Source: a virus (taxonomy: Duplodnaviria; Caudoviricetes). From it: a stretch of DNA of 64,000 bases. The stretch lies in IMG/VR virus record IMGVR_UViG_3300049012_000071, positions 1-64,000 of that record, one strand, 5' to 3'. The translations under genes and the position numbers were made by a program. Below the pieces are notes generated by a model that was given only the letters and a program-made list of their open reading frames with translations, ran no database searches and was not told the DNA's origin. Position 1 is the stretch's first letter. Each line of letters begins with the position of its first letter. Below, piece by piece: positions 35,540 to 42,731 of the stretch.

Positions 35540-35889
35540 GCGGCCTCCAGAGCGGACAACGCGATCACGCCGTGCTCCGCCGCCAGGGCCCAAACGCGAG
35601 CCAAGCCCCACCCGGGCAGCGCCGCGAGCGTCGCCAGCGCCTGCTCCTGGGACCACAGGCTCTCCCGCGGACAGGCAGCGTGCGCCGCAGCCAGGGTCCA
35701 GGCGACAGCCTCGCCTCGCAGGTCGTCGCCGAGCGCGAGCAGCAGCCCGTAGTAGTCCGAGGCGACCGGCTCCTCGCCGGTGGACCAGTCCTGAGCAGCG
35801 GCCAGCGCATCGCGGTCGGCCACGTCGAGGGTATCGGCGAGAACGACGCGGCACACCGCGACGAGGGCAGCAACGGAGGGGCGGATCAC
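35536..35889 (-). CDS. Hypothetical protein
   Basis: Coupled GTG start. Confidence 0.5.
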   Translation of the reverse strand: MIRPSVAALVAVCRVVLADTLDVADRDALAAAQDWSTGEEPVASDYYGLLLALGDDLRGEAVAWTLAAAHAACPRESLWSQEQALATLAALPGWGLARVWALAAEHGVIALSALEAA

Positions 35890-36206
35890 TGCGTCACCCG
35901 CCCACGGCAGATGGTCAGTCGGCCGAGCTTGGGGCTCGCCAGCACGCGATAGCCGCGTCGCGACATCCAGAGCGCCGCGCACTCCACGGCCGCGCGCTCG
36001 GAGGCCCATGGCGACTCGACGACCTCGACCCGCACGCGGCCGGACGGGAGCTCCGTGGCGAACCAGCGCAGCGCGCCCACGGGCAGGCTGCTGCGGAAGC
36101 TGGCGAGCTCACCGCCAGACCGGAGCAGGACCTCGACGGCTCGGTCAGCGAAGGTGGCAGCCGGCGTGGGGCGCGGCGCAGAAGCAAGGGCGGAGACGGA
36201 CAGCAT
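35886..36206 (-). CDS. First gene of the leftward early operon
   Basis: GAGGAGG RBS downstream of the PL promoter. Confidence 0.6.
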   Translation of the reverse strand: MLSVSALASAPRPTPAATFADRAVEVLLRSGGELASFRSSLPVGALRWFATELPSGRVRVEVVESPWASERAAVECAALWMSRRGYRVLASPKLGRLTICRGRVTQ

Positions 36207-36240
36207 CGGGCCTCCTCGGACGCGGCGGCGTCCTGACGAC

Positions 36241-36272
36241 CCTTAACTTAACTAAAGTTAAGAACGGCGCAA
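36241..36272 (-). promoter_or_regulatory. PL-like promoter with repressor operator
   Basis: CTTAACTT-N5-AAGTTAAG at 36242-36262; minus strand TTGCGC-16bp-TAAGTT. Confidence 0.75.
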
Positions 36273-36288
36273 GACAAAATCGTCAGCC

Positions 36289-36313
36289 GGAGACCACCGC
36301 CCCGGGTGGCTCC
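36289..36313 (-). terminator. Hairpin after the ImmA-like gene
   Basis: GGAG.CCACC...GGTGG.CTCC stem, followed by a T-rich stretch on the minus strand. Confidence 0.35.
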
Positions 36314-36328
36314 GCTGCTGCCCGGGGA

Positions 36329-36832
36329 CTACCTGCCAACGATCTGGCTGGAGGGCGGGCCGACGATGCTGCGCTCGCAGGCGCGCAGGAACCATGCTGG
36401 GAGGTGGCGCTGCCGCTCGAGAAGTGGAGCGACGCCGCGTCGCAGCACAAATCCGGCAGGCGCGGCGATCTCGGCCGCCAAGAGCACGACGTCGGAACTC
36501 GAATGGCGACCGAAGACGTCCGCGAGCCACAGCCGCGCGATGCCGCAGAGCACCATCAGTCCGCGCTCTCGCTCATCTAAGCCTGCGCGCACGATGATGC
36601 GGCCCGGGAGCGTGACCACATCGATATCGTCCGGTGGCTCACCATCCCGAACCGAAATCCCCAGCGCGGCAGCCAAGTCTTCTGGCGACGTCAGCCAATG
36701 CGCACCACTCTCGTCCCTCAGCCGATCAGCTAAGTCGACGACGGTCGCCGCCCCTACCTTTGGGGGCTCCACGCCAGCATCTTCGAATCTGTCGCGGAGG
36801 ATGAGCTCGATCCGTGCCCGTGCTTGCGCCAT
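36329..36832 (-). CDS. ImmA/IrrE-like protein lacking HExxH
   Basis: PEDLAAALGISV...IIVRAGLDERERGLMVLCGIARLWL...LAAEIAAP; downstream of the repressor. Confidence 0.6.
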   Translation of the reverse strand: MAQARARIELILRDRFEDAGVEPPKVGAATVVDLADRLRDESGAHWLTSPEDLAAALGISVRDGEPPDDIDVVTLPGRIIVRAGLDERERGLMVLCGIARLWLADVFGRHSSSDVVLLAAEIAAPAGFVLRRGVAPLLERQRHLPAWFLRACERSIVGPPSSQIVGR

Positions 36833-36927
36833 GCCACCCCTCCGTGTGCGATCAGAATCATTATCCGCTATGGAGGGCGTGGTGATCCAGTGATTGTTTC
36901 AGCAAAGTAACAACGCTGCCGTGCGTC

Positions 36928-37431
36928 TTACGGTGGGCGTCTGCTGCGCTCCCGGCGGTCGACAAACAGCATGTAGGCCATATTCCCGACGAACCTGGGC
37001 GTCAGTGGTCTCGGGTACACGTCGCTATCGTGGACCTGTCCAGCAAGCTCGAACGACTCGTCGTCGAGTTCTGGTCGATCGGCCCGCGCTTCTTCGAGTA
37101 CCCGAGGCCACTCCTCGCGCTCACTGAGGCGAGGGTGCTCAACCTTCGACCGGGATCCAGATTTCGGGACGCCGCCGGACGACGCGTACCATTCACGGGC
37201 CGCCGCCTCGAGTTCGCCGACGCTGCTGTAGCCCAGCACCCGGCCGATCCCCTCCGCCGCCATCCAGCCGCCGCCCTTGCCCTGGTTGATAAGGCGGCTT
37301 ACGTGCGACTCCTTAAGGCCAGAGCGGCGCGCGAGGTCTGCCGCCGACCGGTGGTCTCGGTCCTCGTCGAGCCACTCCAGGATCTTCTTCTTCAGGAACG
37401 GACCAATGTGGGGACCGATGGCTCTCGACAT
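36928..37431 (-). CDS. CI-like XRE HTH repressor (no S24 peptidase domain)
   Basis: SAADLARRSGLKESHVSRLIN; divergent from the cro-like gene. Confidence 0.75.
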   Translation of the reverse strand: MSRAIGPHIGPFLKKKILEWLDEDRDHRSAADLARRSGLKESHVSRLINQGKGGGWMAAEGIGRVLGYSSVGELEAAAREWYASSGGVPKSGSRSKVEHPRLSEREEWPRVLEEARADRPELDDESFELAGQVHDSDVYPRPLTPRFVGNMAYMLFVDRRERSRRPP

Positions 37432-37451
37432 ACCGGTGGACCGTATCACGC

Positions 37452-37523
37452 CGTAACTTAACGATAATTTAGACGTCACGTTGGCCAACCTTGACGCTGT
37501 TCTTAACTTGAGTTAAGTTAAGG
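37452..37523 (+). promoter_or_regulatory. OR operators and PR promoter
   Basis: Perfect CTTAACTT-N5-AAGTTAAG at 37502-37522; degenerate CGTAACTT-N5-TAATTTAG at 37452-37472; TTGACG-17bp-TAAGTT. Confidence 0.8.
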
Positions 37524-37525
37524 CC

Positions 37526-37810
37526 ATGCCCAAGAAGCCGAGCCCCGGCGCCGCGCTGCGGCACATGATCGAGGCCGCCAAGTCCCTCGACCCGGAACTC
37601 ACCGACTCAGCCGTCGCGCGCGCGATCGGCGTGTCCCAGCCGGCGCTGACCAGCTGGTGTGATGAGGACAAGACCCCCACCGCCAGGAACAGGCTGGCCA
37701 TCGAGCGGTGGATGAGCGGCCTGCTGGCGGCCCTGCCGAAGGCGTGGACCGACATCGAGGCCGCCGATGTCGCCGCGAACGTCACTCCGTTCACCGCCAA
37801 GGCGAGCTGA
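37526..37810 (+). CDS. Cro-like HTH protein, probably leaderless
   Basis: TDSAVARAIGVSQPALTSW...P; ATG 7 nt after the -10 element, no SD. Confidence 0.75.
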   Translation: MPKKPSPGAALRHMIEAAKSLDPELTDSAVARAIGVSQPALTSWCDEDKTPTARNRLAIERWMSGLLAALPKAWTDIEAADVAANVTPFTAKAS

Positions 37811-37813
37811 CCC

Positions 37814-38245
37814 ATGCCATCCCTCCTCCAGACCATCGCCGACCGCCTCGTCCAGCTCCACGCGCGCCGTGACCCCGACCGCGGCCAGGTGGCGATTGCC
37901 GGAGCCGGCGTCGCGGTGACCCGTGGCCAGCCGGTCGCCGACGCTCGCCGCGATCTCACCGCGCTCCGGGCTGCCATGGCGCAGGTACTCGGCCGAGAGC
38001 TGCCTCTGAAAGCAGAGGACGTCGAGGCGCTGGTCGACCGGCTCGTGGTCCTCGAGGAGGCCGACGGCGTCGCCACCATCCGCGTCTGCGGCTCCGAGCT
38101 CTGCGGCGTCGAGGATCTCCAGACGGCGACCGCTCGCGCCCGCGCGATGCGCGCCTTCCTCGCGGCGGAGCTCCAGCGCGCGCTCTCCGATGAGCCGCCC
38201 GTGACGCGCCGGTCGGCGCCACCCAGCAGCGTGGAGGCGAGATAG
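37814..38245 (+). CDS. Hypothetical protein
   Basis: ORF in operon. Confidence 0.6.
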   Translation: MPSLLQTIADRLVQLHARRDPDRGQVAIAGAGVAVTRGQPVADARRDLTALRAAMAQVLGRELPLKAEDVEALVDRLVVLEEADGVATIRVCGSELCGVEDLQTATARARAMRAFLAAELQRALSDEPPVTRRSAPPSSVEAR

Positions 38246-38248
38246 TCC

Positions 38249-38629
38249 ATGACGTACGTCGAGCAGCAGCAGAGCGACGCCGATGACTCCGTGGTGACGA
38301 GCGCGCGCCCGCTGAACGGTATCCAGGCCGGCTTCGACCCCGAGGCGACCTGGACCGGCGACGAGGAGGTGAGCGAGCTCGACGGCCTCCGCAGGCGCAA
38401 CGCCTTCGTCGAGCGATGGGTGGAGAACCTGCGGGAGCAGCTGCCCCGCGAGCGAGCCCGCGCCTCCGCATGCATCTCGCGCGGCCTCTCCGCCGTCCCC
38501 GACGACGACCTCCTCGCCGAGGTCCAGCGCCGTGGGTTCGAGCGGCCCGTACCCGCCACCGCCGTTTCCGTTGCCCGGGACGATGCCGGCGATCACGCGG
38601 CTCAGAATGCTTCCGAGCGACTCAGGTGA
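38249..38629 (+). CDS. Hypothetical protein
   Basis: GGAGG RBS. Confidence 0.55.
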   Translation: MTYVEQQQSDADDSVVTSARPLNGIQAGFDPEATWTGDEEVSELDGLRRRNAFVERWVENLREQLPRERARASACISRGLSAVPDDDLLAEVQRRGFERPVPATAVSVARDDAGDHAAQNASERLR

Positions 38630-38668
38630 GTCGCTGTCGTTCAACCGTCTTCGGGGGATTGAGGACTC

Positions 38669-39160
38669 ATGAGTATCTTCCGTGACAAGCGACGTATGTC
38701 TCCCACCGGAGAGCGCACCAGCGCGCCTCCGCCGGCCAGCGGCGTCAGTCATATCGCAGAGCTTGCGGCGGCGGCGGCGGCCCGCAACGCTGAAGCGCTG
38801 GTGACCCCGTCACCTGTTCGGGTGAGCAGCGCCGTCAGAATCCGCAGTGAAATCAGAGCGGGAGCTCGACCCCGAGCGGTCGAGTTGCTTCGCAAGGCGT
38901 TCCGGTCGATCCCGCAGGCGGAGCTGGCCGTCATTCTCGATGAGCAGCCGCAGCACCTCCATCGGGCGCTGTCGCCGGAGTGCGCCAGTAAGCCATTCCC
39001 CGCCGAGAACTTCGTTCTTGTCGCCGAGCGGAGGCCGCAGCTCGGCGCTGACGTGGTGCGAGCCTACGTGACGTTGCTGTCAGCAGATCTGATTGATGCG
39101 CTCGCGGACGATCTGCGGCGCATGGCGCGGGAGAAGCGAGAGAACGAGGTGGGGTCATGA
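38669..39160 (+). CDS. CII-like HTH regulator
   Basis: IPQAELAVILDEQPQHLHRALS; position downstream of cro. Confidence 0.5.
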   Translation: MSIFRDKRRMSPTGERTSAPPPASGVSHIAELAAAAAARNAEALVTPSPVRVSSAVRIRSEIRAGARPRAVELLRKAFRSIPQAELAVILDEQPQHLHRALSPECASKPFPAENFVLVAERRPQLGADVVRAYVTLLSADLIDALADDLRRMAREKRENEVGS

Positions 39161-39468
39161 TGGCATTGCTTGGACTCATCGCGATTGGCTCCGTGTTCAT
39201 GTTCTTCAGCGGACTCGTCGTCGGCCTCACCTACGAGCGCTCGCTGCGCCGGTGGTGGTACCGGAGCACCGTGGAATCGGCCGTGTACCGGCTTCTCGAT
39301 GCCGAAGCGGCGGTGTGCAACCCGAGGTCGAAGTCCTCGGCCGTGCTGGAGTACGAGGAGGCAAGGGCGCGTGTGGCTCGGCTGGTCGCGTGGCGGCGTC
39401 CGGCGCTCCCGGTGCGTGCGCCCGCGCGGTCGACGGCGGCGCCCGCAGCAACGGAGCTCGCATCATGA
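39157..39468 (+). CDS. Small membrane protein
   Basis: N-terminal TM segment; coupled. Confidence 0.55.
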   Translation: MMALLGLIAIGSVFMFFSGLVVGLTYERSLRRWWYRSTVESAVYRLLDAEAAVCNPRSKSSAVLEYEEARARVARLVAWRRPALPVRAPARSTAAPAATELAS

Positions 39469-39899
39469 TCCGTCGGGGGGCAATGCTGATCCCGTGGGGC
39501 GTCGTCGGGGCGCTGCTGCTCGCCTACCACGTCGCAGAGACCCGGCGCGCCGCGAGCGCAGCCGCCATGGATGATCGACTGCGGCGGGCTCGCTCGCGGG
39601 TGCGTGTCGTGGCCGACATCGCCAGGCGCTTCCGCGACGAGCGTGACGAGGCGCGTGCAGGGCTCGATGCGGCGGTCGAGTACGTGGCGAACATCAAGGA
39701 CCACGGGCTGACGATCCTGCGGATCGCCGACGTGGACCACCTGCGCGCCGAGCGCGACCGGGCTGCGCTGGCAGACGCTGAGGCCTGTCAGCTACGGGGC
39801 GCTCTGGAGCTCATCGCGGACGGGTGCGAGGTGCCGCAGCGGATCGCTGTCGAGGCGCTGGAGCGAGGACGGGAGGAGGAGTCATGTCGAGCGAATTGA
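39465..39899 (+). CDS. TM/coiled-coil protein
   Basis: N-terminal TM segment; coupled. Confidence 0.55.
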   Translation: MIRRGAMLIPWGVVGALLLAYHVAETRRAASAAAMDDRLRRARSRVRVVADIARRFRDERDEARAGLDAAVEYVANIKDHGLTILRIADVDHLRAERDRAALADAEACQLRGALELIADGCEVPQRIAVEALERGREEESCRAN

Positions 39900-40588
39900 G
39901 CGATACGGTGCAGGTGCCCCAGGTCTTCGAGCCGGGGGCGAGGCTGCGCGGCGGTCGAGAGGGCGCCTGCTTTGTCCTCGGGCCGCAGCAGGAAGGTCTC
40001 TGGTTCGTGTACGGCATGCCGTTCACGGACGACGAGCTTCGGTCGCAGTTCACGGTCGTCGCACCGGCTCCGCGCGCGGGGCAGCGGTGGCTCGGCGGCG
40101 GCCGGCTCGTGGTGCTTGGCGAGAGTACGGTCCCTGTGTCGAAGGGTCTGTGGCTGCTGGAGCGCGGGCTCCGGTTCGACGGCTTCGTCGCCGACGCCGC
40201 GCCCGCGACCCTCCGCGCTTCGGAGGCAGCGACCCGCGAGCCGTCGCCGCCCGCGCCGTGGACCCGAGCCGCCGCTCGCCGTCTCATCACCGAGACGATC
40301 ACCAGCGCCAAGCCGCGCCGGCCGGGCGCGTTCACCTCGGCGATGTGCTCGATGGCGGAGACCGAGACGCCCGACGCGTCCGTAATCCTCGCGGCGTGCC
40401 TCGCGATCTGCTGCCTGGAAGAAGACCTGCCGGAGCATGGCGCGCCAGCGGCTTGGCAGGTGGAGCGTGCGCGGGTCCTCGCCGACGACGTGTTCCGGAG
40501 CGCGGCGAAGCTGGAGAAGCGCGAGAAGGTGCCGGCGCGCGTGCGCGAGGCGTTCGAGATGTACGTGGCGCGGAGAGCAAGGAGCTGA
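39884..40588 (+). CDS. Hypothetical protein
   Basis: GGAGGAG RBS. Confidence 0.6.
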   Translation: MSSELSDTVQVPQVFEPGARLRGGREGACFVLGPQQEGLWFVYGMPFTDDELRSQFTVVAPAPRAGQRWLGGGRLVVLGESTVPVSKGLWLLERGLRFDGFVADAAPATLRASEAATREPSPPAPWTRAAARRLITETITSAKPRRPGAFTSAMCSMAETETPDASVILAACLAICCLEEDLPEHGAPAAWQVERARVLADDVFRSAAKLEKREKVPARVREAFEMYVARRARS

Positions 40589-40593
40589 GGAAC

Positions 40594-40959
40594 ATGGCGA
40601 GAGCGAATCTGATGACGGCGAGCGACGTTGCGGTCTTTTGCGAGGTCGACCTCAAGACGATCCACAACTGGGCGGACAGAGGGCACATCCACTGCTTCCG
40701 CACGCCCGGGCGGCACCTTCGGTTCAAGCCGGAGGACGTCGCGACGTTCATGCAGCGCCAGGGCTACGACGTGCCCAAGGCGCTGCGGGCCTACCTGCCG
40801 GAGGAGCGGCCGTCGACCGGGCCGCGAGCGCGCGTGGCGGAAGTCCTCGGCGACGGCTCGGTGACGCTGACGATCGGCCCCGCCGACGCGGAGGCGTTCC
40901 GCGCGATGCAGGGCCGCGACGTGGTGCTGGCGCTCGCACCGACGGGAGCGGCCGCGTGA
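40594..40959 (+). CDS. Excisionase/MerR-type HTH protein
   Basis: LMTASDVAVFCEVDLKTIHNWADRG.I..FRTPGRHLRF. Confidence 0.85.
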   Translation: MARANLMTASDVAVFCEVDLKTIHNWADRGHIHCFRTPGRHLRFKPEDVATFMQRQGYDVPKALRAYLPEERPSTGPRARVAEVLGDGSVTLTIGPADAEAFRAMQGRDVVLALAPTGAAA

Positions 40960-41111
40960 TGGAGACCGAGACGCACCGCGGGTCGTCGCTCGACGCAGCG
41001 ATGGACGATCGCGAGCGCGACATCGAGGAGCGCCGGCGGCGGCGCGGGAACAGCGACGTGAACTACGGCGCCAGCGAGGAACAGGTGCCCGAGATCGGGT
41101 GGATCCCGTGA
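40959..41111 (+). CDS. Small hypothetical protein
   Basis: Coupled ORF. Confidence 0.45.
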   Translation: METETHRGSSLDAAMDDRERDIEERRRRRGNSDVNYGASEEQVPEIGWIP

Positions 41112-41122
41112 GGAGGAGCGAG

Positions 41123-41515
41123 ATGGCGTTGCAGGACCAGGCCAAGAAGCCCCGCGGGTTTGCGGCCATGACGCCGGAGCGTCGCCGCGAGGTCGCCAGC
41201 GCCGCCGGGAAGGCTGCGCATGCGCAAGGGCGTGCGCCCGAGTTCACTCCAGAGCAGGCGCGCGCGGCGGGCCGGAAGGGCGGGGAAGCCGTGAGCGCCG
41301 ACCGGGAGCACATGCGGGCGATCGGGCGGCGCGGCGGCGAGAGAACGAGCGCAGACCCGGCGCACATGGCCGAGATCGGTCGCGCCGGAGGTAATGCCGC
41401 CCACGCGAACGGCGCGGCGCATCAGTGGACTGCCGAGGAGGCCCGCGCCGCTCGCCGGAAGGTGGGTGGGAAGCGGAAGACGGAAGCGCTGCAGAGCCGC
41501 AACGCGGAGAGCTGA
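41123..41515 (+). CDS. KGG-repeat stress-induced (GsiB/YciG-like) protein
   Basis: RGFAAM.PE..RE.AS..GK, AGRKGG, DREHMRAIGRRGG repeats. Confidence 0.85.
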   Translation: MALQDQAKKPRGFAAMTPERRREVASAAGKAAHAQGRAPEFTPEQARAAGRKGGEAVSADREHMRAIGRRGGERTSADPAHMAEIGRAGGNAAHANGAAHQWTAEEARAARRKVGGKRKTEALQSRNAES

Positions 41516-41726
41516 GGAGGGCGTCATGGGCGAGACGATGGTCACCGGCGGGCTTCAAAAAAATCGACATGCGTCGTCGGTCTTAGAAACCGCTGCTCGT
41601 GAGCGCAACACCGCGCAGCGTGTGAGCATTGGCCCGTCGGCGACAGCGCAATTCAGCGCATACTGCGCGCAACGGCCGAGTGTGCGGCGGTTTGCCCACA
41701 TTCGTCCGTTCTGCCACGGTCGGCCC

Positions 41727-42389
41727 ATGCGGTTTCCGATTGCTGGCGATCCGATCGCACTGACGCACCTTGTGCCTGGTGAACTGGTCAATCTTCGCGA
41801 CGGAAGCAGCGAAGATGTCGTGGTCGGCGTCGACCTACCGACGTGCCACCGCGTGCCGAAGCGCCGAGGCATGTACGCGTTCGCGCGCAACGGTGTCGAG
41901 GCCTGCATCTACCGGCGCAGGTGGCGCTGGTACATCGCCGTGGGCGACCATCCGGAGCGCGGTCTGCACAAGACCGAAGACGCGTCGCTCGCACAGGCCT
42001 TGTGGGTCGCCGAGTGCCACATCGACCGGTTCTACTTCAGTGACGGGACGCGGCGCCCGTGCCCAGAGGGCCACGTCTACTTCCTCCAGTCGGTCCGCGG
42101 CGGCCCGATCAAGGTCGGGTACGCGGCCGACCTCCGTGCGCGGGTCTCGAATATCCAGGTCGGCCACCCAGAGGAGCTGGAGGTGATCGGCGTGGTGCGC
42201 GGTACGCCGGAACTTGAAGAGGCGCTCCACAAGGAATTCGCCTGGTGCCACGTCCGCGGGGAGTGGTTCGCCCCCAGCGAGGCCTTGCGCTTGGCGATCG
42301 ATGACCTTGAGGAGCGCGACGAACTGGGGGAGCGACTGGTCGACGTCGTGCGGAGCGGCTTGTTCGAGGAGGAGGACTGCGATGCGTGA
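41727..42389 (+). CDS. GIY-YIG-like (T5orf172/MUG113) protein
   Basis: VYFLQ..GPIKVGY..RV..IQVGHP..LEEALHKEF..RGEWF; start uncertain. Confidence 0.8.
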   Translation: MRFPIAGDPIALTHLVPGELVNLRDGSSEDVVVGVDLPTCHRVPKRRGMYAFARNGVEACIYRRRWRWYIAVGDHPERGLHKTEDASLAQALWVAECHIDRFYFSDGTRRPCPEGHVYFLQSVRGGPIKVGYAADLRARVSNIQVGHPEELEVIGVVRGTPELEEALHKEFAWCHVRGEWFAPSEALRLAIDDLEERDELGERLVDVVRSGLFEEEDCDA

Positions 42390-42729
42390 CGTCACGGTGG
42401 ACCAGATCGTCGAGCGTGTGGTCGCGGTGCTGCGTCCTGAGCTGGACGCCATCCGCCAGCTCGTCGAGCGCTCTCCCGTTCCGGGTAACGACGCCCAGAC
42501 GGGCCAGCTCCTCACGCGCGAGGAGCTCGCCGCAGCGCTCCGCCTCAGCGAGGCGACGCTGAAGCGTTGGGACCAGGACGGCTGCCCGCGCGTGCTCATC
42601 GGCAACCGGCTCCCGCGATACCGGCTCGCCGACGTTCTGGCATGGCGCAGCACGGCGCCGTCGAAGCCGGCGCGGGTCTCGGCGGTGAAGCCCGCGCCCG
42701 TGCGGCTGCTCTCGCGGGGGAGGAGGTAG
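42382..42729 (+). CDS. xis: Excisionase (AlpA/HTH_17-like)
   Basis: LLTREELAAALRLSEATLKRW..GCP..PRY..DVLAW, immediately upstream of int. Confidence 0.75.
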   Translation: MRDVTVDQIVERVVAVLRPELDAIRQLVERSPVPGNDAQTGQLLTREELAAALRLSEATLKRWDQDGCPRVLIGNRLPRYRLADVLAWRSTAPSKPARVSAVKPAPVRLLSRGRR

Positions 42730-42731
42730 CC

